Position numbers and translations under genes: made by a program. A stretch of 64,000 nucleotides of DNA from Naegleria gruberi (taxonomy: Eukaryota), in the NCBI GenBank assembly GCA_000004985.1, contig GG738855.1; one strand, written 5' to 3'. Below the pieces are notes generated by a model. It searched no databases. It saw only the letters and a program-made list of their open reading frames with translations, and was not told the DNA's origin. Positions 34,380 to 46,090 of the stretch are shown here, piece by piece; the first letter of the stretch is position 1, and every line of letters begins with the position of its first letter.

Positions 34380-35982
34380 TTGACAACAACTCCTTTTGAA
34401 ATGACACAAGACCCACAACCAACATCTCAGCCAACTACTATCTCTACAAGTAATGACAAGCTCCATCCACCATCAACATCAACAACACAACTCCATCATC
34501 CAACAGAGAGCCATACTAAAAAAGATGCAGATAACGAATCCAATAAATCATCTACTAAGAGCAGTTTCAGAAGAAAGCAAAAACAACGAGGCTGCTTATG
34601 TTTCCGAGGAGGGAAAGCAATTAAAGTGAACACTTGTTGTGGTGTTTTGGAATTGTCTTGGATCAAAGTATTGGCCATTGTTGGTATGGCTCTTAATTCC
34701 TTCACATTTCTTGTATTATTGGCCTTGTTAATTTTCAGTCAAAACTCAAATGCAGCCACTAATATTGATCTCTTAGCAATAAGAAGTGATTTATATCTGT
34801 ATACAGCTTGGGTGGATGCTTATACACTTGTTGCTGCCTATTCCCAAAATAAGACCTATTTGAACTATTACTACAATTACCGTGATACCCTTAACACCTT
34901 GAAAGATGAACTTGTTTCAAAATTACCCTCCACTCTAGTGTCTCAACTCAATTCAACAGAAAGTTATCAATATTCTACATATTTAGAAGCTGCTGATACC
35001 CTGGCTGTGAATATGATGGAGAATGGAAACTATTCGGGTGCTGTTTCTGTACTCACATCTGGATTCTACTATGCTACAAAGTTAAAATATAGAAATTTGC
35101 TGGATATTATTCTCAAATATATTCTGGATTCGCAAACAGAGGCAGAAAATTTATCGGATGCAGCTGTCATTTCTTCACTGGTCATTATAATGTGTAGCTG
35201 TTGCAGTGACAGTCCCTGCCATTCTGTTCATCTTTGCATTCGCTATCAATAGAGAAGCATTAATGGCACAAAGATATAAAAAGGCAAGAGCTGTTGAATT
35301 GATGGATACAATGAGTAATGAAAAATTGAGAGCTCTCTTCCAAAAACACTGTATTAAGGAATTGAATAATGAAAACTTTGAATTTTTGGAAAAAGTTAAT
35401 GAATATAAGAGATTGGTAGAACATCAAATTGAGTTGGTTCAATTATTGAGTGATGGAGATTCAATCCATTCCAATGAATTAACTCAATCTAGTTCCAATG
35501 TCTCAAGTAGTCAAATAAGTGCTGCCGAAGAACCCACTACAGCCAATACAAACACCAACAATTCATCAGATTCTAAAAAGAAGAAGCATACAATGACATC
35601 AGTCAAGTCCATTTCTGATTTGGAAAATGAGTTGGAAGAAATTGAAGGAAAAAAGTTTGCACTTGCCACTGAAATTTACAATAACTTCCTCGATTTGAAA
35701 GGACCAAAGACTGTCAACACCACCAAATCCCATGCTGATAAGGTAAAGATTGAATTGGAGTATTTCAAGAGCAAGCAAATTCATTCCTTGTCCGATGATT
35801 TGTTCACATCTTTGGAGAGTGAAATTTCCATAGTCCTTCTCGATTCACATTATAGATTTAAAGAATCGATGGAATTTTTGAAGGAAATGAGAGTGAAGAG
35901 AATTAAAGATATCAATGAAAAGAAGAAGATTAAATCCAATCAACACCACGATCAACACCATCATCACAATAATGGACATTAA
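34380..35982 (+). CDS. Two-TM membrane protein with a cytosolic RGS domain
   Basis: ORFs 34380-35252 and 35206-35982 overlap in different frames within one hydrophobic helix (…AAVISSLVIIM | VAVTVPAILFIFAFAI…). The shift lies at an atgtgt(gt) dinucleotide run. The downstream RGS domain reads …LRALFQKHCIKELNNENFEFLEKVNEYKRL…ATEIYNNFLDLKGPKTVN…. Confidence 0.65.
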
Positions 35983-36200
35983 ATTATACTATTAATTATG
36001 TTGAAAAATTTGATTAGATTTGTGGTGTTCCATTTAAAATATTGGAAAGAGACAATCCATAAAATTAATGCCGATAATAATATTCAAGTGATGAAGGAAA
36101 TTTCTCTGATTTTGGATGATGATTTGGAAATATTCCCATTCTATTTGATAAAACCTTTTATGGGCTTTATTGATAATTTTTTTTAATAAAAAAAGATTTA

Positions 36201-36959
36201 ATGTTATCATCACACAACAATCATTATCAACCAACTCTGAGGGTGAGAAACATCTCATCCGATGATTTTGAACATGAGCAACATCCACCACATCATCACG
36301 ATGAAGAAGAATTGGAAATGAGAACAACAGGAGAGCCTCCACACTTTTTAAAAGATAATTTCGATTATGCACACTTTGAAAAATTGGCTCTTAGTAATGT
36401 GGGATTAAAACACGATGAGCATGATGATCACTCGGAGGGACACTACTTGGAGAGATCTTATGTGAGCAAGGGTGGTCTGGTGGTGAATATTCCACAACAA
36501 CAAGAGGATGGAAATAATAACGGAAATGGAGAAACACTGGTAGCCTTTCAAGAACATTCTGACGATGAACAACAACAGCAATTCTCAAGTAAATTACCAA
36601 AGGTACCACTTCTTAAGGAGATGAATAATACATCAACTGCTGCTGGAAATCATGATAATATTACGAACAAGCCAGGAAGACACTACTTTGCACCAGTGGA
36701 AGCAACACGAGAGGAAAAGTTAGCGTACGTGAAGAAGGTAGCAAGAACCTTGTTCATGATCTTTCTTGTTATTCTCATGAGTGCTATGGTAGTCATTGAT
36801 TACATCTCCAATCCAAAGAATACCTGGGTGATTAGGTTGAGTATTTTCGTGTCGATGGTCATCTTGTGGAGGTTTCTGTATGAATACCTCTTTGAAATTA
36901 TATTTGAGTGGATATTGGAGTATCTTGTTTACAAGGAGAAGAAGCAAACCTCTGTCTAA
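36201..36959 (+). CDS. Hypothetical His/Glu-rich protein with a C-terminal pair of TM helices
   Basis: 252-aa ORF with an acidic, His-rich N-terminus. Its C-terminus reads …LFMIFLVILMSAMVVIDYI…IRLSIFVSMVILWRFLYEYLFEIIFEWILEYLVY. Confidence 0.5.
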   Translation: MLSSHNNHYQPTLRVRNISSDDFEHEQHPPHHHDEEELEMRTTGEPPHFLKDNFDYAHFEKLALSNVGLKHDEHDDHSEGHYLERSYVSKGGLVVNIPQQQEDGNNNGNGETLVAFQEHSDDEQQQQFSSKLPKVPLLKEMNNTSTAAGNHDNITNKPGRHYFAPVEATREEKLAYVKKVARTLFMIFLVILMSAMVVIDYISNPKNTWVIRLSIFVSMVILWRFLYEYLFEIIFEWILEYLVYKEKKQTSV

Positions 36960-37134
36960 TGCTTTTACCTTCTACTAACAACATGTGGTTCCATACAACT
37001 TCCGACTTGCGACTTTTGAGACAATGAGTGGTTTTATTTTTTTTGAAAAGGTAAAAATTTAACGGCTAGTTGGGGCGCACCTTGAAAATATACGAAGTTC
37101 TTTCCATCACAAAACAATTTTCCACATCAACAAA

Positions 37135-40100
37135 ATGCCGTCATTCCTCTCCAAGGGCAACAAACAACAACAGAGGGCCAGATCTTCTTCATCATCCAGT
37201 TACTACAACAGCCGAAATAAACATGATGGTGAATTACGTTTTCATGATGATGACGATGATATTGACAATTTCTTGGAACCTTCACATGACGTTCAACAAC
37301 ATCACGAAGCGGAATCAAAGAGAAAAAGTATTACTCTTGCAGCACAATCAGTACCTGCCATAGTTTCAAATTCTGTTATTGGATGGCTTTCTGCTGTATC
37401 ACTCGTTGTTCACTTGATAGTTTTAATAGCTTTTATTGCACTACCTCTCTTTTTAATATTTATTCATTTTGATTTTTGTTTCAAATGTGGAGGAGCAGAG
37501 TTTTTAATAATATTTCTGATGAGTTTGTTTGGAGTGGGATTACTCTTGTTTGGAATGCTGTATCCTCTCCGACAATATATTATTGAAAGGAGGAAACAAT
37601 CAAAGTTAACACAAGAAGATATCATACAACAACAATTGGAAGCACCTCTAGAAGATATGGAAGATGGTGAACATGGTATTGATTTTGATGAATATCATCA
37701 TGATAATCAATTTGATGATGCACCAGCGGATCGTGGTTTGACAAGTGGAAAAATTTCAATCTCCCTCGCTAGAGCAAATAGTAATTCTGGTTGGTTTAAG
37801 AGATTTTTCGATATTTCAGAGTTTTTAAAAACAAGTAAGAAGGAAAAGGCTGCATGTTGTGTTTTCTCTACTTGTAGTATTGCTTCCTTCATTTGGTTGG
37901 CAGTCACAATCATTGTATTTTTAACATTTATTTTCTTTGTGAGGTCAACTAGAGTTAACAAATCTGGACACATTTATTCATCAGTTATTTCTGGTAAAAA
38001 GGTTAGGATTGAGAGAGAACCTACAGGTATGGTTCACGTTGCTGCTGAAAATATTAATGACCTTGCTTTTGGTCAAGGTGTTGCTGCTGCTCAAGACAGA
38101 CTCTTCCAAATGGAACTCTACAAGATTATTGGTAAAGGCTCATTGGCAGAGATTGTTGGTTCGGATGCTCTCATTTTGGACAAGCTTTCACACGTTCTAG
38201 GTTTAAGAAAGTATGCTGAGGAGAATTTAGCAAATATTCCAAAGGATATAGTTTCTATTATTCAATCCTATGTTGACGGTATTAATGCATATATTGAATC
38301 AGGTCCTGCTCTGAGTGCAGAATTTTCTCTTGTTGGTTTCAAACCAACTAAATGGGAAGTTATTGACGTTTTGACATTTGAGAAATTATTTGCCTTACAA
38401 ATGACTTACAACTACATTTTTGAATTGGCAAGATTAGTTGTTTTGGAGAGAGGTGCTACATTGGAGAGAGTAACAGAGCTTTCATCACCAATGTATGCTA
38501 ATTATTTCACAGTTTTCAATAGGGAAGAATTAAAGATGAATATCACTGATGAGGAGGCTGAAGAAATTGAGAAAAAGTTGTGGGATCAATCAGGTGCTTA
38601 TATTCCATCTTCCACAAATTCTGGTGACGAACATGTTCATAATTTTGGAGAAATGCTGTATGAGAAGCTATCAAATGACAAGTACCTCAAATTACTTTTA
38701 CCAACCAAGAAGGGAAGTAGCAGAGGTTCAAATAATTGGGTTGTCGGCAAGAGTATTTCCGATTCCTCAAGTGGTTACAATGTTAACGATCCTCATTTGG
38801 ATATTATGGCTCCCGTTATTGTTCAACAAATTCACTTAAAGATTGTTAAGGATATTACTGCTGTTAATGATATTACATCAGTCAAGATGGAAGAGAATAC
38901 ATTTGAATTGATTGGAGCAAGTTTCCCTGGATTACCAAGTGTTGGTATTGGTAGATCAGCTTTTATTTCTTGGAGTATTACCTTGTCTTTTAGTGATGTT
39001 CAGGATTTGTATGTATTGACTCCATGTCCTGATCAACCAGACACTCACTACATGGTAGATGGTAAACCAGAAGAATACAAGATTAGAAAGGTTAATATCA
39101 AGGTTGCTGGTGAAGAGAATGTGGAATTGGTAGTTAAAGAAAGTAGATTCGGTCCTGTTATTAATGACCCATTGATTACCATTGCTCATGCAGATGTAAA
39201 GACTCAAAAGCCAATGGCTCTCAAATGGACTGCTCACTTACCAAATGATACTTCTATTATGGGTCTGCAACAAATGACTAATGCAAAGACTATGGATGAG
39301 TTCGCCAAGGCTACAAGGTTACTCACAGCTTTACCTTTTAGCATTGTTTTCACTGATAGAAATGGTAATATTGGTTATTCGTTGACAGGTACAACACCAA
39401 TTAGACAACAAGGACATACTGGCATGTTTGCAATGCCTGGTGATATTTCCAAATATGAATACAAGGGATACGCCACTGGTGATCAAATAACAGTTATTAA
39501 TCCACCAAAGGGTTATATTATTACAGCCAACAACAGAATCACACCTGGTGGATTCCCTTATATTGTTAGCAACGATAACGAATTTGATTATAGAGCTAAA
39601 AGAATTGATGAAATGATTAGAAATGTTTTAGATGTAGAAAATAGAAAGATCACACAAAAAGACATGATAGAGGCACAAAATGATGTAAAGAGTTTGATCT
39701 ATGAAGAGCTCAAGTTTGTACTCAGAAATATTTCTCAATCACTCAAGGAAGATCCATATGCCAAATATGTTAATGGTTTGCTCAATGATTGGGACGGAAA
39801 GATTCTTAGAGAATCTACTCATGCCACTTTATTTGAATTTTTCCTTACAAATCTTATCAAATTACCTGAGCATGAAGTCGGAAAGAAGTACTGGAATGAT
39901 TTCTTCTATCTAAGAAGAGCTTTATCCAGTAATGGCGATATTGCTTGCACAGTCCACAGAAAGCAAACTTGTCAAGAGTTTGCAGTGGCCACTTTTAAGG
40001 AAACTGTTGACATTTTATTGAAACACTTTGGACAAATTCCTCCTTGGAAAGTTGTTCACTATATTGATGCATCCCATCCATTATTGGGATTGACACCACT

Positions 40101-40437
40101 TTCTTGTTTATCTGACAGAAAGATTCACTCCAATGGTGGCACATACACTGTGAATATCAACAATTTTGTCTATGATAAGGTTACTGAAACAACTATTCCA
40201 ACTGTAAATGCAGCAGTTTATAGACAAATTATTGGTGGAGGTGAATTCTCTAATTCTAAAATTGAAGGACAAGATGATTTATGGATCTCACCACTTGGAC
40301 AAGATGGAAATATGTTTTCAGAACACTATGACAACTTTATTGAAAAGTATATTGAGGGATCCTATCTCCCACTCACCACTGAGGCCAAGTACTTGTCTGA
40401 CGTTTTTGAAATTCTTCCAACAGAAAAGTCGGATTAA
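37135..40437 (+). CDS. Penicillin amidase / acyl-homoserine-lactone acylase family Ntn-hydrolase with an N-terminal low-complexity plus TM extension
   Basis: 1100-aa ORF. The predicted autoproteolytic N-terminal nucleophile lies in …KKGSSRGSNNWVVGKS…NDPHLD…. These are the SNxW and NDPHL motifs of PGA/PvdQ-type acylases. The ~300-aa N-terminal region has two hydrophobic helices. Confidence 0.8.
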   Translation: MPSFLSKGNKQQQRARSSSSSSYYNSRNKHDGELRFHDDDDDIDNFLEPSHDVQQHHEAESKRKSITLAAQSVPAIVSNSVIGWLSAVSLVVHLIVLIAFIALPLFLIFIHFDFCFKCGGAEFLIIFLMSLFGVGLLLFGMLYPLRQYIIERRKQSKLTQEDIIQQQLEAPLEDMEDGEHGIDFDEYHHDNQFDDAPADRGLTSGKISISLARANSNSGWFKRFFDISEFLKTSKKEKAACCVFSTCSIASFIWLAVTIIVFLTFIFFVRSTRVNKSGHIYSSVISGKKVRIEREPTGMVHVAAENINDLAFGQGVAAAQDRLFQMELYKIIGKGSLAEIVGSDALILDKLSHVLGLRKYAEENLANIPKDIVSIIQSYVDGINAYIESGPALSAEFSLVGFKPTKWEVIDVLTFEKLFALQMTYNYIFELARLVVLERGATLERVTELSSPMYANYFTVFNREELKMNITDEEAEEIEKKLWDQSGAYIPSSTNSGDEHVHNFGEMLYEKLSNDKYLKLLLPTKKGSSRGSNNWVVGKSISDSSSGYNVNDPHLDIMAPVIVQQIHLKIVKDITAVNDITSVKMEENTFELIGASFPGLPSVGIGRSAFISWSITLSFSDVQDLYVLTPCPDQPDTHYMVDGKPEEYKIRKVNIKVAGEENVELVVKESRFGPVINDPLITIAHADVKTQKPMALKWTAHLPNDTSIMGLQQMTNAKTMDEFAKATRLLTALPFSIVFTDRNGNIGYSLTGTTPIRQQGHTGMFAMPGDISKYEYKGYATGDQITVINPPKGYIITANNRITPGGFPYIVSNDNEFDYRAKRIDEMIRNVLDVENRKITQKDMIEAQNDVKSLIYEELKFVLRNISQSLKEDPYAKYVNGLLNDWDGKILRESTHATLFEFFLTNLIKLPEHEVGKKYWNDFFYLRRALSSNGDIACTVHRKQTCQEFAVATFKETVDILLKHFGQIPPWKVVHYIDASHPLLGLTPLSCLSDRKIHSNGGTYTVNINNFVYDKVTETTIPTVNAAVYRQIIGGGEFSNSKIEGQDDLWISPLGQDGNMFSEHYDNFIEKYIEGSYLPLTTEAKYLSDVFEILPTEKSD

Positions 40438-41238
40438 GATTCGCACATCTTTAGCCAAACAGGTAAAGGATTTGTTTATTTTGAGCAATCAAAGTTTAAC
40501 GGTGAATACCTCAACTGCAAGATGGGTTATTTTACTTGATGCATTCATTAGAAGAGATTAATTTAATTCAAACAATCATGCATCTTTGGGTCATAAACAT
40601 AAAGCTGATTTACCATATTTACTGATTAACATCGTTCTAAAGTTACTGTTCGACTATCTCTGTATTACCCATAAATGGACATTATTAATCTCTCACTTTT
40701 GAATTACCCTTTTCGAATAACATTGTTTAAATTCTTCGAATAATTTATTATTATTGGTGAGGCAATGGCAAAGAAATTGAGTGTTTCTATTGTGGCTACT
40801 GAAGAAACAAATAGGGAGGTTTCGTCCAAATACTTGGTAAGGTCGTTACTGGTCTTGTCCCACTTGTTAGAAACAAGAAGAAGGAAAAGACGAAAGTATA
40901 CGAAATGGGAGATTCCACTAATGTTGTATGGACGAATGGATGTATGAATTTTGAAATGTATCTGAAAGGAAACTATTCTGATAGTTTGGCTTTACATAGA
41001 GAATTTTCTGAAAAACATCCAGAAGATAAACCAACTCTACAGCTCATCAAAAAAAATCTTAAAGAAACTTCCAAAAATGTTAATGAAACACGGGATGACC
41101 TGAACTGGTCAAAGCTAGTCAACTTCTGCTTGTCACTGATATTTCCTTCCCAAGTCATTGAACTGAAGTGAGATAAACTTGCCGAAACTCATCACGGATC
41201 GCTTCAAAACAATACGAAAAATTGCCTCATCATTGAAC

Positions 41239-43462
41239 ATGCATTCATTATCGGCAATATTCATCCTACTTTTTTACACTATTCTATTCGCAAGGAATTT
41301 ACAGTTCTTTTACTTGTTTTCACATTTCATCAACCGATGCAAAAGTTTGCTCTTCTCGAGGGTCATGCCTTTCTACCAACAATTGCACATGTTCTACAGG
41401 TTTCTACGGAAGTAATTGTCAGTGGAGTGATGATCCAATACTAAACGAACCTACTTTGGATTTATTTGGTTTAGGAATTGGAATTGTTAGACGAAATGTT
41501 TCGAATCCAACCTATGATTTGATGATTTCTGCAACTAAATTAACTTTTCTTGATTCTAAATTGAGAGAATTGATGGGATGTTCATTGGAAAGTGAAAATT
41601 GTTATTCTGTAATTGAATTTAAATGGTCAATTAGTATGAATGCAATTAGTTTGGATTCTTCTAATGGATTTGTGATGGCAAATTTATCCCAAGTTGATGT
41701 ATTGACATTTTCTCCAGTCATTCAATTTCAAAGTAGCAAAGGTTTGATTTCTGGCAGTCAGTTGATTACTTCTATTGAACTAAAGACGAAATATTCTAAC
41801 GTTAACATGAGTACTAAAGGATGTACTCTAANAAGGAACATCACATTGGAAATTGAAAATACAGTAACTTGTCTCTGTTCACACACAACCATGTTCTCTA
41901 CCTTTATTGAACATAACAGTACATTTGCTGTCAAAGTCAAACAACAGCTGTCAACGCTATATTATGCTCAAATAGCTTTTGGTGTATTCTATTTTATCAT
42001 TTCCTTAATAATATTAATTCTATTATTTGCTTTTAGAAAGGAACAACCAATTTCAAGTAGATTAGCAACTCCATTTATGGGAATGATAGCCCTATTGGTA
42101 GAAAGTTGTTTAATTTACATTACTCAGAGAGGAATTTTAGTGAATCAACTGAAATCTAGTAATAATCAAATGTGGGAGAGTGGAGATAATGATTCCAATA
42201 TTATTGCAAATATTGTTACAATTTTTGTAAACTCTTTAAATTTAACAGCAATATTTTGCTATGTTATTCAAGTGGTTAGATTTGAATTGATGAAATTCAT
42301 GTACAAATTAATTCACAAGACGAAAGGAAATGAGTCTAAAAGTGATATAGTATTGAAATCTATTAGAATATCAACATCAACAAGTTTATTCTTACTCTTG
42401 ACAACTTTATTTATGAGTTTTAATCTGGTTTATTGGACAATTTGGGTTGTTTTGAGACGAATTAATGTAATTGAGCCTTCAACTTACACTTACATTGTTT
42501 CCATTTCGTATACTGTCATAATATTCTTCTTGAGTTTAGTAATTGCAACTGTATTAGTATTCGATTTTATTATAACAATTAAAGAAAAGAAAGAAGAGAA
42601 GAAGAATGAGCCCACAGATTCAACAGTGAAAGAAAATCTGGTAAAGAAATCAATCAAGATGAAGAATTCACTCTCAAAGGTTTATGATTTTTTCATTAGT
42701 TTAGATGAGCCACTCTATTTCAGAGTCGAAATGATTCTCTACCTAATATGTTTCGTATTTCTAATAGTGAATCAAGTGATTGGACTCATTGGATTACCAT
42801 ATCGATTCATAGACGAGGAAAATTACAAGACAGCTCTCCAATATGATGTAATTTCATTTATATTTGAAGTTTTATACGTTTTCACCTATATTCTAGTATT
42901 TGGTGGATATGCTTTGTTGATCCTACTCATTTACAAAGTAAAGATTTGGAGAAAATTTTCAAAGAATGGAAAATCAAAGCAGGATGATGGAATGTTGAAG
43001 AATAAGGAACTTTTACTTGTGATTAGGAATGAGGAATCGTACGAATCATTTGAAAAGTTTTGTGAAAAGGAATTTTCCTTAGAGAATCTTTATTTACATT
43101 CAATATTGGAAAAACATTCAAAAATAGTGAATGGAGAGACATTTGAAGGGTTATCAACTCTACTTAATCAAATATTTGAAGGATTCATCCAATCAGGAGC
43201 AACAAATGAAGTGAATATTCCAAACAGTTGTAGAACAAAGATTGTCAACCTCCACAAAAAATATGGTTTTGAAAAGAAGGATTCAGATTTAAAGAATGTT
43301 GATTTAGAAGAAGTGAGACAGGCATTCTTTTCATTAGTTCAACAAGTATTTGTCAATCTTGGTGACACCTTCTCTCGATATTCTCTAACAACTGAATGGA
43401 AAGTTTTCAAAAAGGCAATTGAATTGAAAGAACACATTACGGAGAAAGCAAACTTGTATTAG
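41239..43462 (+). CDS. Adhesion-GPCR-like receptor: signal peptide, tenascin-like EGF, GPS/GAIN-like motif, 7TM and a C-terminal RGS domain
   Basis: The signal peptide MHSLSAIFILLFYTILFA is in one frame. The reading frame then shifts by +1 into …TDAKVCSSRGSCLSTNNCTCSTGFYGSNCQ… and continues into ORF 41456-43462. A GPS-like motif (…VTCLCSHTTMFSTFIE) lies just before seven hydrophobic helices. The C-terminal RGS domain reads …ESYESFEKFCEKEFSLENLYLHSILEKH…AFFSLVQQVF…. One N sits at 41832. Confidence 0.65.
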
Positions 43463-43910
43463 ATTGAAATACTACATTAGATGATAACCTTCAAGAATTC
43501 AAACGGTGGAACGGAATTAATAGAAAATGACATAGAATATTGTTTTTTACTTTTCACCAAATGAGTTGACAATTGGTCCAAACTGCAGCAGAATTAGCCA
43601 CCAATAAAGTAGGCTTTTTGTATTGATAATTTAGTAATCACGTTTTGTCTAATGCAGTTGTACAACATAGCTTAGTGCAAATCACGTTTCGAATAATCAC
43701 GTTTGTTTCGAATATATTGTTGCTGGTGAATAGTTTAATTTATTTCATTTCTCTTGCTTTATTTTCATGCTACAAATGACACTTATAGAACTAAATGGCA
43801 ACTTTTCAAACTTATTCTCATCAATGAGAAAGCTACAACATTGTTCAAAGCCAAAATATTTTACTCATTCCAGTTCATCTTTTGCAAAATTTTTTGTTTT
43901 GAATAATGTT

Positions 43911-45030
43911 CTAGGCGATTTATTTCGCCTAAATTTTAGGCGAAATTTCTGGCGTTCCCAACTCATCGTCCATTCAGTAACACCTTTTTAGTTTTACCAT
44001 TATGGCAACTACTGGTTATTTTTGTTACTGAATGTTTTTGTTGGATTTTTAGCAAAAGGTGTATCACCTTGTGCCCAGCATGTGTGAAGAGACTTCACAA
44101 CTGCTTCATCAATGTACTTATTATTCAGACGGGTAGTAGAACAGATTCTTTCTATTGCTTGCATTTGTTATGGTTCTGTCAATAAAATAAATTTTTTTTT
44201 ACGGAAAGCCAGCTGTCTGATCTGACTTTTCGACTTTAAAATTTTTTCCAATTTTTTGCTAGAAAAATTTTCAAGTCGAAATTCCATAGTTTTTTCCCTA
44301 ATTGATTTCTAAGGCTATTCTCTTTATGAATATTTAATATTTGAAGGAGAAAATTGGTAAATATATTATATATTAATAATATCATAATTTGGTTTTCAAA
44401 CTTCGAATGAAATTGAGAACACACCTGTAGAACATGCTATCTATCACTAACTTTATGTTTGCAGCCTTGGTGGTGATGGAGAAAATATTATTTCTGTAGT
44501 TTTGGTATTTATTTTATAGAGAATTATTTTTATCATACTGAACTTTCTCAGATTATACTCTTGTATGTCTAAAATCATATATATCAGTTTTACATATCCA
44601 TAATATGTACATCATAAGTTATTAATTTATTCTCTAAAATTGGGGATTTTCAAAAATAAAAAATAAAAAATAAAAAAAATTAATAACTCCTTTATTATTC
44701 GATAATTAATGGAAACCATTGATTTTACATTCTGATATGAAACAATATCTTCGGAATTATGTCCCTGATTATGAAATTGCAATAAAAACATCATCTATTT
44801 ATCAAAAACTAATTCTGTATATATTGTTGGAAAGAGGGTGCTGATACCAAATATCAAAACTTTTTCTTAATAATGGTGATTGTCTATTCAGATAGATGTA
44901 GATTATGTTTTAGTTGAATGCTGTTGTTGATTACCAGTTTGGACAACAATCTAAATGCGGTTCAGTAACACCATATTAGAAGTTGGGAACACCAGGAAAT
45001 TTATCTAGGCGAAAAAAATCTGCCTGAAAT
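43911..45030. repeat. Pair of ~60-80-bp inverted repeats (43911-43990 and 44960-45030) flanking ~1 kb of non-coding DNA; possible MITE/TIR remnant
   Basis: taggcgaaatttctggcgttcccaac…ttcagtaacacc at ~43940 is matched in inverted orientation by ttcagtaacacc…gttgggaacaccaggaaatttatctaggcgaaa at ~44963. The motif taggcgaaaaaaatctgc recurs at 46472. Confidence 0.4.
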
Positions 45031-45151
45031 GGTTATGCCAAATTTATCTTTACGGTCATAACTACCATTTAAAGCACTGTACACCAGCAAGAATAAAAAA
45101 CACCATCAAGAAATTTATTAAAAAAATGGTTTAGTTGGTTGTTCCTTAATC

Positions 45152-46090
45152 TTACTTCTTTCTGAAAGGTGGAGAGATTCTATTGGAGGGTCTCTTACTT
45201 CTTCTGCCCCTTACTGGTGTGATGATAACTTCCTCTGATTCGAGTGTGGAAGAAATAGAAGCAACCTTAATGACATCATCCCCATCGGAAGAAGTAGTCT
45301 TTTTGCTTGATATTGGGACGGATTCTGATGGTAAAACATCATTGTTTGCCGAGTCTGTTTCTTGTGACATTTCATCAGAAGGAGACAATTCTTCTTCAGC
45401 TGGTAATGAATTGCTTGTATTTTGGAATGATTCTGATGGTAAAACATCATTTGTTTCTTGAGAGATTTCTTCAAAAACCTCATCATCAAAATTGGCAGCA
45501 TCTTTATCACATCCTAAAACACGAGAGGATAGATATTTAGGATCAATAGGATACTTGCATTGAGTGAATGGAGTTTCTGTAGATAGAAATCCACCAGTTG
45601 CTTGCCATTCAACAACAATTTTGTTACCTTGTGTTAAAGAAAGTACTTTAGCCTTTCTCTTTCTGATCTCTCCGTCATTAATCTTAATTGCCTTTGCATA
45701 TGGAGGCTTGTCAACCATTACCAGTTGATTGATTTTGAAGGTAGATTCTACATTTGCTTTGTGTTTGTTGACTCTTTCGGCTTGCTTTTTAAATCTTTTT
45801 TGGACCGTTTCAACAATTAAAGCAGTGTCAATAATGATTGAGCACTTCTCACGTTCATCACAAAAATCAGATATTCTACTTGGTGCCACCTTATCAAACA
45901 AGTCTTGAGGAGTGAACTTTGTAACACTATGTACCGTGTTATTATGTTTTAAGACAACTTCCTTCAAATGGTCAACCCAAGTTCCAGCGTCGTTTTCATC
46001 AACAATGGATCGAATTTTGACCTCTATGCCATCTTTGGTAGTTCTGTTGCACCTTTCAGCCAATCCGTTTTCTGAGGGACTGTAAGGGTT
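45152..46090 (-). pseudogene. 5'-truncated integrase-domain C-terminal fragment of an LTR retrotransposon
   Basis: The reading frame …SPSENGLAERCNRTTKDG… is the integrase catalytic-core signature GxxER.NRTL. It is followed by a Ser/Glu-rich tail with an internal duplication (NDVLPSES…). No RT lies upstream. The fragment starts at a perfect hairpin at 46069-46116. Confidence 0.55.

Noticed and set aside
40905-41171. 88-aa ORF (MGDSTNVVWTNGCMNFEMYLKG…)
   Set aside because: It could be a small gene between the acylase and the GPCR-RGS gene. It has no motifs or splice evidence, so it is left uncalled.
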